From assembly GCA_013265495.1 (NCBI GenBank), contig MU060072.1, positions 2,548,356-2,612,355 on the forward strand: DNA of 64,000 bases. The letters are read 5' to 3'. Below the pieces are notes generated by a model. It saw only the letters and a list, made by a program, of their open reading frames with translations. It was not told where the DNA came from and did no database searches. This DNA comes from Vicugna vicugna. Taxonomy: Eukaryota. A program made the translations under genes and the position numbers. Positions within the stretch are counted from its first letter, which is position 1, and the number at the start of each line of letters is the position of its first letter. Of the stretch, positions 1 to 11,128 are shown one piece after another.

Positions 1-1113
1 GACACTGAGCCTGCTAATTTCAGGACCTCTTGGAATGTGACATTTCGAGCGCAGGACACTGAGTTCATGCCCTGTGGAAGCTCCGTGGCCCACCATGCCT
101 TAATTTTCCGTCATCGCCTTGATTCAGCTGCCGTGAGAGAGGCTGTCACCAAGCTGGACTTCAACTGATGCCAAGCTCGTTCCCTACTATGCGGAAGTTA
201 ATTTGAGGCACATTTGCAACTTATAACTCTGATTTACTCATTTGCTGGTACGAGGACCACACACAGCTTGTCAGCCCGCCAGCTCATACAGACTATTATC
301 CTCGGAAAAGGTTTGGCCCAACTCATGACCCAGCTTGGCAGCTCAAAAAACAGCTGCCGGACAATGGCGGAATGTGGAGTTGAGTATAAGAAAAGAAAAA
401 CGTCTATTCTTTCCCGCACATTTTTACATATAATTATGTAATCATATCCCTATTCAGATACTTTGACATAAATTGGGCTTAATTAAATTGTTGCTAATTT
501 GTTGTTTTATTATTAGCTCATGGCTTGTTTGCTGATATCCACCCACAAGCCGTGTGCAACACACACACAAATACACACACACTGATGCTCAGTCATACTA
601 GTGTTGTTGTTTTGAAAGTAATGAAAACGTTCTCTGTGAATAATTTATCTATTTGACAGAATCACGCAATTTTTCCAAGAGTGCTTATTCACGTGCTATA
701 CAAATGGCTGGATGAATAACGCTAAGGTGATCATTTGCCGGTGTTACTGTCTCTTTTCTCATAAGACTTCTATACGCTGATCATATCAATCAAACAATGT
801 ACGTTCTGCATGAAATAAATTCTCCTTATTATAAAAAAAAATTCCATAATAAATGTATTTCCCAATGATCAGTATGACACTTTTCCTCATTCAGACCCTG
901 GGGCCCCATGAAAACATCTTCAATATACATTTGTAAACTTGCATCTGGGATAAGACATATGGTCTGAATTTTCCTATAGGGTTCTATAATTAGTTGGTCA
1001 TTGTCTAAAAGCCACACCAAATCACCCATGAAACCATCTTCCGGGGGAAGGGCACATACCACCCCTCCCAGTCCACTTGGAATCTGTTCGGGTACCAACT
1101 CCTCTGTCTCTAA

Positions 1114-1208
1114 CATGGTTTCTTAAAGTGTGGGCCTCAGAATGCCTGCCTGTTAGAAATAAAGATGATAATGAGCTCGTTGGGGTGCTTATTAGAAATG
1201 GAGATTCC
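1114..1208 (+). mobile_element. MER5-type hAT-Charlie MITE, 5' half (interrupted by L1)
   Basis: catggtttcttaaagtgtgggcc...ttagaaatggagattcc resembles the MER5 5' arm; continues after the L1. Confidence 0.6.
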
Positions 1209-1994
1209 AATGCTGGAGAGGATGTGGAAAAAAGGGAACCTTCCTACGCTGTTGGTGGGAATGTAGTTTGGTGCAGCCACTATGGAGGACAGTACAGAGA
1301 TTCCTCAAAAAACTAAAAATAGACTTACTATATGATCCAGCAGTCCCACTCCTGGGCATATATCTGGAGGGAATTCTAATTCAAAAAGACATATGCACCC
1401 CAATATTCATANNNNNNNNNNNNNNNNNNNNNNNNNNNNNNNNNNNNNNNNNNNNNNNNNNNNNNNNNNNNNNNNNNNNNNNNNNNNNNNNNNNNNNNNN
1501 NNNNNNNNNNNNNNNNNNNNNNNNNNNNNNNNNNNNNNNNNNNNNNNNNNNNNNNNNNNNNNNNNNNNNNNNNNNNNNNNNNNNNNNNNNNNNNNNNNNN
1601 NNNAAGAAAAATACTATATGATATCATTCATTTGTGGAATCTAAACAAAGAAAAAAGAAGACACTAATGAACTCATCTACAAAACAGAAACAGACTCACA
1701 GATATAGTAAACAATCTTATGGTTACCGGGGCAGGAAGGAGGTGGGAAGGGATAAACTGCGAGGTCAAGACTTGCAAATATTAACTACTACACAAAAAAT
1801 AGATTTAAAAAAAAACGAATATCTTCTGTATAGCACAGGGAACTACATCCAATATCTCGTAGTAACCTATAATGAAAAAGAATATGAAAATGAATATATG
1901 TATGCATACGTATGACTGAAACATTATGCTGTACACCAGAAATTGACACATTGCAACTGACTACACTTCAATTTAAAAAAAAAGAAAGAAAGAA
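1209..1994 (+). mobile_element. 5'-truncated L1 (camelid/cetartiodactyl type): ORF2 C-terminus, 3' UTR and A-rich tail
   Basis: ORF 1268-1621 ([31 protein letters not shown]) is typical L1 ORF2 C-terminus. 3' UTR ends ctacacttcaattt(A)n(GAAA)n. Flanking AGAAATGGAGATTCC (1194-1208) and AGAAATGAAGATTTC (1995-2009) form a TSD. Confidence 0.92.
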
Positions 1995-2110
1995 AGAAAT
2001 GAAGATTTCGAGATGCCATGCCAAATCGATTAGATCAGAATCTCCGGGGGAATCCGCACTTCCAACAATATATACAGGTGAAATTGACTTTCTTCTTTGA
2101 GTCTTGAGGA
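1995..2110 (+). mobile_element. MER5-type MITE, 3' half
   Basis: gatcagaatctccggggg...aacaa...caggtga resembles the MER5 central and 3' part. Confidence 0.5.
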
Positions 2111-3273
2111 ATATGGATTGAGGGGTAGAGGAGAGAAGGCAAAAACATACTATTAGACAAATTTTCCTGGAAGAAGGGATGCAAATGAGACTGTAGAAAA
2201 TGTGCTCATTAACTCTCTGCATTTGAAGTAAACTAATGTTAAAAATTTCATGCTAAAAATCATCAGTTGGCTAACATCCTACACCCTCTGAACCTACCAA
2301 AAAAAACTAAATCTAGTCTTCAGAACAATAACCCTGAGGCTTCACAAAAAGAAAAAGGCATGAAAAACAGATATAAGCATGTTTCCATGATATATCTTAG
2401 AATGAACTTTCAACCAAAAAGGTTTAAAAAAAAAAGTTTTCCAAGAAAAAACTCCATTTACCTCCCAAGTGTTCTAGTTCTATATTTTGCCAGATAATAA
2501 TCTCTGGTTTCCTATCCCAGCCCATCATCATTGTGATGACGGAGAAAAGTGACTAATTCAAAGTTCCAGAAGAGGCTCAAAAAGTAAAACAGTAACATAA
2601 TTTACACCCAAGTGATCAGCCCTATCCTCAGAATTAGATTTGAATCCGTACAGCACACCCAGGGGTTGCCAATTTCATATAGCTTTGTTAACCTCATTCC
2701 CAGTCATTGCCAGAACTGGCTGAGAAAGTGTACGCAGTGTGTTCATGCAGCAAAAGTGAGATCATTTATTAATGTCGTGCTGTGGCTATGGGGATGGGAA
2801 TGGAGTCACAGGGCCTGTTTCACCTACCAAAGATTTCTACCAGCCCACAGATAAAAGAGATTTGGGGATACAGACTAGCATTCCATAATGCCCATCAACT
2901 CAAGTGAAAACTCTTGCAGGGAAGAACTTCATGTCTTCTGTTCCTCTCCTCCCCTGTTCCAACTAACATCTGGTGGGGAATATTGCTGCCCCCTGAAAGA
3001 TACATGTGGCTTGATAAGAAACATCCCAGGAGGGTTGTAAGCCAACCTTGATTTGTGGCTACGAAGACCAAATAAAGCACATTCAGAACCTTCTGTTTCC
3101 AACACAGGGACCTGGATTTCTTCCCCGGAAGACTCAGAGAGAAGGTGGCAGCCTCCCCACACCTGGGGAGAAAGTGTATCAACCACAAGCTCCTTGCAGA
3201 TTCAGATTCTTTTGCTTTGGAACCAGAGAGAAGGAAATTGACCTCCCCTCAGCCAAGAACCATGACACCTCTG

Positions 3274-3425
3274 CCTGGACCCCAGCTGTATTCGAGATTT
3301 ACCGTGTGGCCTTGGGCAGCTCGTTCAACCTCTCACAACCTCTCAGTGTCTTCATTTCTTCATCTGGAGAATGAAGATGCTACCTACACCACGGGCACAA
3401 CGTTTCAAGGTTAATGCACGAGGTG
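3274..3425 (+). mobile_element. MIR SINE fragment
   Basis: gtgtggccttgggcagctcgttcaacctctc...catctggagaatgaagatg matches the MIR core. Confidence 0.65.
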
Positions 3426-3778
3426 GATATTGAAATGCACCATTGCAGGGGAACATCTAATTCGGGGGAGGCAGTCAGGCACAGCAGCGCACTTCTGGGT
3501 GGTTATAACGTATGCGGCATCGCAAAACGGGGCCCTAAGGTTAGTAGCACACAGGACGAGTGCAGTTTGCAATACACCACCTGGCGTCTTTTATTGTTAT
3601 TGCCAAGTGCAGTTGATAAAGCAAACAAAGCAAAGGGGGCAGGAGCCCTCATTTATCAAACATATTGATACAAATCTGATATTGACAGGCCACAGGCCGC
3701 TTTTAGATTTAGATCAATAAATCCATTTCATGATACAGTACAATCCCAACACTTTGGCCCCAAATCCATCCAANNNNN

Positions 3779-3910
3779 NNNNNNNNNNNNNNNNNNNNNN
3801 NNNNNNNNNNNNNNNNNNNNNNNNNNNNNNNNNNNNNNNNNNNNNNNNNNNNNNNNNNNNNNNNNNNNNNNNNNNNNNNNNNNNNNNNNNNNNNNNNNNN
3901 NNNNNNNNNN
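3779..3910 (-). CDS. Inferred ~132-nt internal exon, fully masked
   Basis: Mask 3774-3913; upstream gctatttttcttccctg|N is a very strong pyrimidine tract; downstream N|ttggatgg fits GTRAG|T. Confidence 0.6.
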
Positions 3911-4457
3911 NNNCAGGGAAGAAAAATAGCTATGAAGTTTCACTCGTACTTTTTTTTTCCTTTTCGCCTATGACAAGTAAAAAAAAAAAATCATAGAGTT
4001 ACTCACTCTAAAAACAATCTAAAACCAGAAGGTTTAACCAATTCAATTTTCTAGTCACTGTGACAACTGTTTTCATCCGTGGAACAGCGTTTGGGGCACG
4101 TATACAGGCCTAATCCCGTGGTGCCCTCACGGGCAGGCCCCGCTGGAAACTCTGAGAGAAGCTTCCGTTCCTGTGGGCAGTGGCATTTGATGACACTCAG
4201 AATCTCATGCCATGAAGGCAGGTTCTTTATTTACAGTCTGAGAGGGAGAACCTTTCCTTCTACTTCTGAGTTGATTATTGCGATCCCGGGTAATCAGTGG
4301 CAAGGAAAGTCCAGTTTAACAGGGAGAGGGGAAACCCACTTGGTGTTTGCAAGGCCCCAGAGAGTAGCAGAAAGAAAACAGAACGCTGAGCTTGAAACCT
4401 GGCATAGCAAGACTTAAATCAGGCAGAACCAAAAGCACATGGTCTCAGTTAAATCAT

Positions 4458-4582
4458 TTTGCCTCCTGGAGCCTCAATTTCCCCACTGCCCACGGTGAAG
4501 AGAGCTGTGTGAGAATGAAATCGCATGAAACCCCTGGCACAATGCCTATCGCATAGTAAGTGCTCAGTAAATATTTGTTGAA
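4458..4582 (+). mobile_element. MIR/L2 3' end
   Basis: gcctcaatttcccc...gcacaatgcctatcgcatagtaagtgctcagtaaatatttgttgaa. Confidence 0.65.
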
Positions 4583-5759
4583 ACACAATCTGAAACGAGA
4601 AATACTGAATTATTGATAGCTCTCGTTAACTAATGGGCAAAAGTTTATGTATTCAATGCATACCTTTTCCCAAGCACTATATGGGGGGGATGGAGAGGTA
4701 AGAAGAACAGATTACAATGTTGATCTCAGGTGAAGACAGAGAAAATGCACAGGACTGGATAAGCAGACCAGTGGTCTCTCCGTATGAGACCCAGATCTGG
4801 GCAGGCATCCCACCCACAACCAGGACTGGGAGCCGGGTAACTGTCCAAACACATGCCTTGCCCCATAGTAGCTGGTTACACTCCAGTTTCTTACAACTTA
4901 CAGACTAACGCCTGTGCTCCTTTGCCCAGGAAATGCAAATTCATTGTAGTATTAGCCTCAAACACGTTGTTAGGAAGATAAATCTGCTGCAAATATAAAC
5001 ACCTAAGCATGGATTGGTTTAGGATTATCTAAACATCCAAAAGAAAGATTCCAGGGCAGACACAAGTGCCATCCTGAAAGCTGAAGGTAAATGAAAATGC
5101 CACATAGAGTATTCAACTCTTTTTCCTATTGACTTGAACTAGGCATCTGCATTCTTGGGGCATGGCCTTTTTGATATCTGGCCTCAGGGCACAATGAAAG
5201 AAGAAGATGGGGGAAAAGAGAAGAGGAAGGAGGAGGGAAGGAGGAAGAAGAGGAGGAGAAACTAAAAATCTCCCCAAAAGCCTAGACCTCAGTCCGGCCA
5301 CTCAAGAGACATTCAGAGCCAAGGGGGTGGAAGGTCAGGGAGTGGAAGGAGGATTTTTTTTCCCCTTCCCAGTGGAATTACTAGAAATGGGAGAGCACTC
5401 AACAAGCTACAAGGACTTCCCTTCTCCTGGCTTCTCTTCCAAGGGTAAACTGACTTGCTTCTTTCCCAGAACTTAAAGGATCTGTTGTTGTTTTACACAG
5501 AATGAATATTTAAAGGCAACAGTGGTAGCCCCAGTCTCTCCTTGCCCCTGGAATTTCCCAGGCCAAAATCATATGGGGACCGTCCACAGGATCTTCATCA
5601 TTAGATGTCACCCTTACTATTATTTGTTTTATATGACTCATTTAAATCAAGTCTTTTTTATTATTATTGTTCTAGGCAGTAAGACCTATAAAACCATGGT
5701 TTTTATTCTGCTAGTTATATTTTCCTAATACACACTAAGATAAATCATTATTATTAAAA

Positions 5760-5950
5760 TAGCATAACGTAGAGGTTAGAAGTGCAGATGCTGACTGCAT
5801 TCAAATCCTGGCCCTGTCATTACTAGCTCTGTGATCTTGGGCAAGTTACTTAACCTCTCTGTGCCTCAGCTTTATGATCTGCTAAATAAGAATACCTACT
5901 TCATAGAGTCACTCTGAGGATTAAATTAGTTAATAGTTGCAACATACTGG
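5760..5950 (+). mobile_element. MIR SINE
   Basis: ttcaaatcctggccctgtcattactagctctgtgatcttgggcaagttacttaacctctctgtgcctcag. Confidence 0.85.
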
Positions 5951-6203
5951 TAGGAAACTTCTAGTTTCATCTAGAACCTTCCACATGAACACCACTATTG
6001 GGAGCACTGAAGGCACGCCAGCCTACACCCTCTCTTAACTCAGGATTTGCCTGCGTTTTTTGCTCTTCTCAGGGATGCTGTATTGGTCCCCCTCCAGCAC
6101 GCCATCCGAAAACCAAAACCAGACCCACTAGACAAGGTGCTCTCATTCCTGCCCTCTTGAAAGCCTCCCCGTTTTACAGTCCATGTCAAATAGAGTAGTA
6201 ATT

Positions 6204-6408
6204 ACAACCACTTATTGACCATCTATTACTTGGCAGGCCCTGTGTTCAGGCCTTCAAATACATCATCTAATATAATCTCCATTTTTACCCTATGAGGAGA
6301 GCCCAAGCTTAAAGAGATTCGGTGACTTTCCTAAGGTCCTCACCTAGTCAAGCAGAAGAGTCAGGATTCAAACCCAGGTCCATCTGACTCTGCAGCCTGT
6401 GCTTATCC
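6204..6408 (-). mobile_element. MIR SINE
   Basis: ggtgactttcctaaggtcctcacc...aggattcaaacccaggtccatctgactc is the reverse MIR core. Confidence 0.75.
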
Positions 6409-6699
6409 TGCTGGGCCGAGAGGCCCCACCACAAAGGTCCCTCTTCCAAGAACCCATCACAGCATCCAGAGAGACGTGAACTTTCTTCCTTCTCTCACTG
6501 GACCTAGAAAAGCCTACTTTATAATTATTTACCTGTGTGTCCTTCCCCCTCTGTTAATCAAGACAATCTTTCCTATCTTAAGCATTTTGGAAAGAAATCA
6601 TCCCTAAAATTTCCTTGAATTTGAAAAAGGATCACATCCTCGGTTGAATGTAACTTTTTTTTACAACTCCAGTCATGGCAATATTCTATACTACAGACG

Positions 6700-6830
6700 T
6701 GACTTTAGGGCAATTCCTGTGACTGTTAAAAACATCAGACACCTGAGTCCCTCCCTGGATCTACTGAATCAAAATCTCTGGGTTAAGGACCAAGAGTCAC
6801 TCAAGTTTCAGAATCACCGCCACAGGCTGT
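6700..6830. mobile_element. MER5A-type MITE fragment
   Basis: ggatctactgaatcaaaatctctggg...ctcaagtttcagaatcaccgc. Confidence 0.55.
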
Positions 6831-7914
6831 GTATGCGCATTTGACCCTGCTTGATCCTCCTAAACAACGCCTGTGTTTTAGATCCTGTCTCTGCTTTTCA
6901 TGGTTTTTCTGACCTCTCCCACCTGCAAGTTGACAGCTATCGTTTCTCACTGCCAACCAACATTTCCGCATGGCATTTTCCCTACTTTTATCTTCCAGCC
7001 ACCAGGGCTATGATTTCCAAACTCCGTCTTTTCAGTTTTAGCACACTTTCCTGAAAACGGATTCTCAGGCAGAGGCCAAGGTAAAGCACATAATGTCAGA
7101 GCTATCCTGACAGAACAGGAGTGCCTGGATTCCAGTGCTGGCTTCACTCCCTTCCCTCAGCCCCAGGGCCATCCACAGTGGTCCTGAGGCCCTTCCCCAG
7201 ACTCCCTACGCTTCACAGAGAGCGTTTTCAAAACCACTGAAATAACGTAATCTTCTGGCAGATTTTGCCACACATTTACAGTGACAGCTCATTTTTTTTT
7301 TTTTACAAATATTCAAGTTTATCAGAAAAGAGTTTTTTTCATGAAAGTTTGTCAGTATAATCCAAAGTCAAGCATGTATTCCTTTTTATTTGAGAGCATA
7401 TCACCAAATTTATAAATAGCCCCTATATTATACTTGCAAAGTCACTCCTTACAGTGACTATTCTTAACATGGGAAACGGTGATCTCATTGTATGAGTACT
7501 TGGACCACCATCTACTTTTAAAAGGTTCTCAGAAAAATAATGGTCAAGGAAATTTGCCTTTTCAAAAAACTCTCTCTTCTGTGAAAGCATCCAGAAAATA
7601 TCAGAGCATCCAGAAAAACTTTCTAACCTTTTAAAATTTGGGGCATCTTACATTGGCCGTGCTCTAAATACGTTAGTAGTATACTGTCTAAAAATAAGTT
7701 TCAAGCAGCAGTTTTTAAACTTGAAAAAAATTTAAGCAAAGTTCTCTTATGCCCTTTTTGGCTTTTTCTTCCAAAATGTTTAATGTTGAGATGTAGAATT
7801 TAGGAAGCAAATTTAACATTACATGCAGTAAAGGTGGGCGGACGTGGAGGGTACTTGATTTCTCTGGTGAATTAGCACAAAGTTCAAAGTCACATCTACA
7901 GAGAGAGATGGTCG

Positions 7915-8020
7915 CTGTGGCCAAAGTGTGACAATTAATGAATGTAAGTAAAAGGTGTGCAGTGTCCCTTTTACTGTTCCTTCAACTTTTCTGTAGCTTT
8001 GAAATTTTTCAAAATAAAAT
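7915..8020 (+). mobile_element. Ancient L1 (L1M/L1ME-type) 3' terminus
   Basis: tactgttccttcaactttttctgtagctttgaaatttttcaaaataaaat is a typical old-L1 3' end. Confidence 0.6.
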
Positions 8021-8064
8021 CAGAGGGAAACATTCAAACATGCGTACAAATAAAGCACAGTCAT

Positions 8065-8238
8065 CAGGGCCTGGACTAAGGTGAGGAAACTGAGGCATCT
8101 AAGGTGTAAAATTTAAGGAAGCAGCTGTAGGACCCTGAGGGTGAGTGCCTTCAGGGCATTGGCACAACTCTGAGAGTAAGCACCTCCTTAAATTTTGCGC
8201 TGGCGGTGTCTCACTTGCTTCACCCTAGCCAGGCCCTC
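8065..8238. mobile_element. Palindromic hAT-Tip100 MITE (MER91-like)
   Basis: Long imperfect terminal inverted arms: cagggcctggactaaggtgagg...aaaatttaaggaag versus ccttaaattttgcgc...caccctagccaggccct. Confidence 0.65.
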
Positions 8239-8767
8239 ATACTCCACATTAGCAAGCTGCAGTAATCCTAAAGAGAGGAAGCTCAAAGTCAATGCTATCC
8301 ATGCATTTATTCACCAGTCAAGTATTGAGTCCCAGGTATATGCTAAGTGCCTACACAGCTAGGAACCTATTCTGTGCTAATAAACCACTTTGACACTCAG
8401 ACAAAATAATCTTAAACCAAATTCCTGTCATTCCAGTATTCATCTCTGTGTTAGGTGCCAGGGACACTATGATGACAGACCAGTCCCTGCTAAAGTACTT
8501 CACCATCTGCCAGACAGACACTGCTTTAATGCTATGATTTTTATCATCATCATATCTATCGGCATGTCTATTCTCTCAATTCAGTTGAACCATTTCAGGG
8601 CAGGGAATGAATATTATTCATCTTTGCTTTTTTGACACCCAGGATGGTGATAGATAAAATATTTAATAAATATTTCTAGAATGGGTGAAACCATAAATCT
8701 ACTTATTTGTTCCCCCTCAAAGATTTGCCACATTCAGATGACTATGAAATTTCCACCCGGATTGCCT

Positions 8768-8985
8768 AATAATACTAGCTAACATGTACCGGGTGCTTAC
8801 AACCCCCCTGGTATTTCCAGAGCTCTTTCTGTCTATTAACTCAATTAAGCTTTGCAACCAGGCTCAGAAGCTCCTTTTACAGATAAGCACACAGGAGAGA
8901 TTGAATATCTTTCCTAGGGCCGCACAGCAGGTAAGAGGCCACACCAGGGTCTGAACCCAGGAGCTCAGCTCTGGAACCTGCCCTT
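8768..8985 (-). mobile_element. MIR SINE
   Basis: cttttacagataag...cctagggccgcacagc...tctgaacccagg. Confidence 0.7.
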
Positions 8986-10352
8986 TCAGTGACTCCTCTA
9001 AGCCATCTCACACTTGTGACTCAGGAGTGTGACCCATCCCCAGACAGCACTCATCTCCAGCTTGCTTTTCACCCATTATTACCTAGAAAGATCAAGAGGG
9101 CACCAGGGATGCTTTTAGCAAAGTGATCCTCAACTCCCACAGCCAAGTCCGACTTTGGGGGACTTCCTGCTTAATTTCACCTTGCCTAAATATAACCACC
9201 TAAAAATAACCTGAAAGGGAAGTGTCTCAGAACGGCCAGAGGAGCCGCAGTACACTGCAGAGGACGTGACGAGAAAGAATGATCCAGCCTCCCTAAAACA
9301 CTGCCTTCCGACACCAGCCAGTGGCATATTGGGATGAGAAAACAAAGTCTCCAATTATTGAAATTCCATAGTGTATTTAATTATGCAATTATCTTATTGT
9401 ATTAACAAGTGCTCAGGCACAGCAGCAATGGCTGAGATTTTTGCAGTTTGGAACTGCACAATTTAGTCTTTCCCTCAGCTGATTCCTTCTCATGGGTCTG
9501 TCCATTTTTCTGGGATTAGGGAAACGATCTTATTTTGGAACTGCTTCATTCAGAAATCGAAGGCAAATTAGACACCCCCCCCCCCACCTCTGGCCACTCT
9601 AACTTATAAGTGTGAACCCGCTCCTGCCAGAGCATATTTCAGGGGGAAAGGTCTGCAAATTCTTATCACTTTTGATTTCATTAATCACTTTAGGCTCTTT
9701 CCTCTTTTGAAATTCAAATAAATATAAAGTAAAATACAAATAAAAAAGCAGTTATACAAATTACATAGTTTCAATGATGTGAATACATCTCCCAAATACA
9801 TTCCTGTTGATCTGCTTAATAAGGACTTGTCCCAAGGGGTGCATATATCAGACCGTAAAACGCAGAGTACTTCATCAAAGCATGGCAAATAGGTGTGCTG
9901 GGATATTATCATGCACTTCTATTTGCCACAGTTACCTCGGCAAATATGAAATGTAATCATGCAAAATTAAACATTCCATACATTTTCTATTCACTCTCTA
10001 ACATTCTCCCTATACTGTGAAATAGGCTATCACACTTTCCAGTTTATAGGGCCAAAAGGTAAATCAAATTTCTTGTTTCTGAAAGCATTCCGAGTAAAAT
10101 AGGTCTTTGCACTTTGGGCTTTTCATCTAAGTGTCACCAGGCTCTTTACAAATAAAACGTAATTAATCCATACATCCCTATTCAATGGGACTCCTCCTTG
10201 CTGGTACTCACGGAGAAGCCATACCTTCATTTTCTCAAGCTAAATTTGGTCCAGGCTCTTAGGAATGATGTTTCATTGAGCAAGACCAGGAGGAATAATC
10301 CTATGGAGGAAAACCTGGCTCCTTCTCTCAAATAAGAAATAACTAAGAATAC

Positions 10353-10560
10353 AAACTCTGGCCCCCAAATGCCTAGTGTCTGAATCCCAATTTGCGACCA
10401 TTTAGCTGTGAGATGATAGAGCAAGTCCCCTCTGCGTCCCTGAGCTTCAGTTTTTGTAGAAGTGAACTGGGGATAATCCCAGTACATGTCCCACAGCATC
10501 GTCAGGCAGATGTAACGAGCTACTACATGTAAGTCGCTTAGAACACAGCCTGGTCCTGCT
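10353..10560 (+). mobile_element. MIR SINE
   Basis: ctgaatccca...tagctgtgaga...ctgagcttcagtttt...cttagaacacagcctgg. Confidence 0.65.
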
Positions 10561-10993
10561 CCGATATGACACCTGAGGGCTTTCAAAGCCATCTCCCAAC
10601 AAGGACCTCACTGGGGTCTCACTGTCTCCCTGTGAAGCCTGGGGAACAGATGCTGTTATGCCCATTTTACAGGTGAAGAAAGTGAGATTCAGAAAGGGCT
10701 ACTGGTGGCCAGGACTAGAACCCCCGAACCCCACCTGCTATTCTTCCACTATTTCTCTTTACATGCAGAACAAACTGATTCAGTGTCCCAGACAGACCCC
10801 TGCTTATTTTCCTCTGGGGTGGGGGGGCAGGGGCGGGGAGAGGGTCTTGTTTCAAAGGAGACACGGGAAGCATTCTGGTGCCAGACTTATCTTGCATAGC
10901 AAAAGAGACCCAGATCAGCAGAAGACACGTCAACAAGACTGCCTTAATCATGATTTCTGCTAACTACGAAATGAAAGTTAATTTCATGCCTNN

Positions 10994-11128
10994 NNNNNNN
11001 NNNNNNNNNNNNNNNNNNNNNNNNNNNNNNNNNNNNNNNNNNNNNNNNNNNNNNNNNNNNNNNNNNNNNNNNNNNNNNNNNNNNNNNNNNNNNNNNNNNN
11101 NNNNNNNNNNNNNNNNNNNNNNNNNNNN
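10994..11128 (-). CDS. Inferred ~135-nt internal exon, fully masked
   Basis: Mask 10992-11131; upstream CTCAC branch-point-like motif (11156-11152) then ctccttgcgagttgctgttt|N; downstream N|aggcat fits GT|AGG or GTA|AGG. Confidence 0.45.

Noticed and set aside
5760-6408. Inverted MIR pairs (also 10353-10740 and 35770-36165) as dsRNA/editing substrates
   Set aside because: The copies are too diverged for stable long duplexes, and such arrangements are common by chance.
7586-7617. 13-bp direct repeat agcatccagaaaa (x2)
   Set aside because: A simple micro-duplication with no array structure; not CRISPR-like or functional on present evidence.
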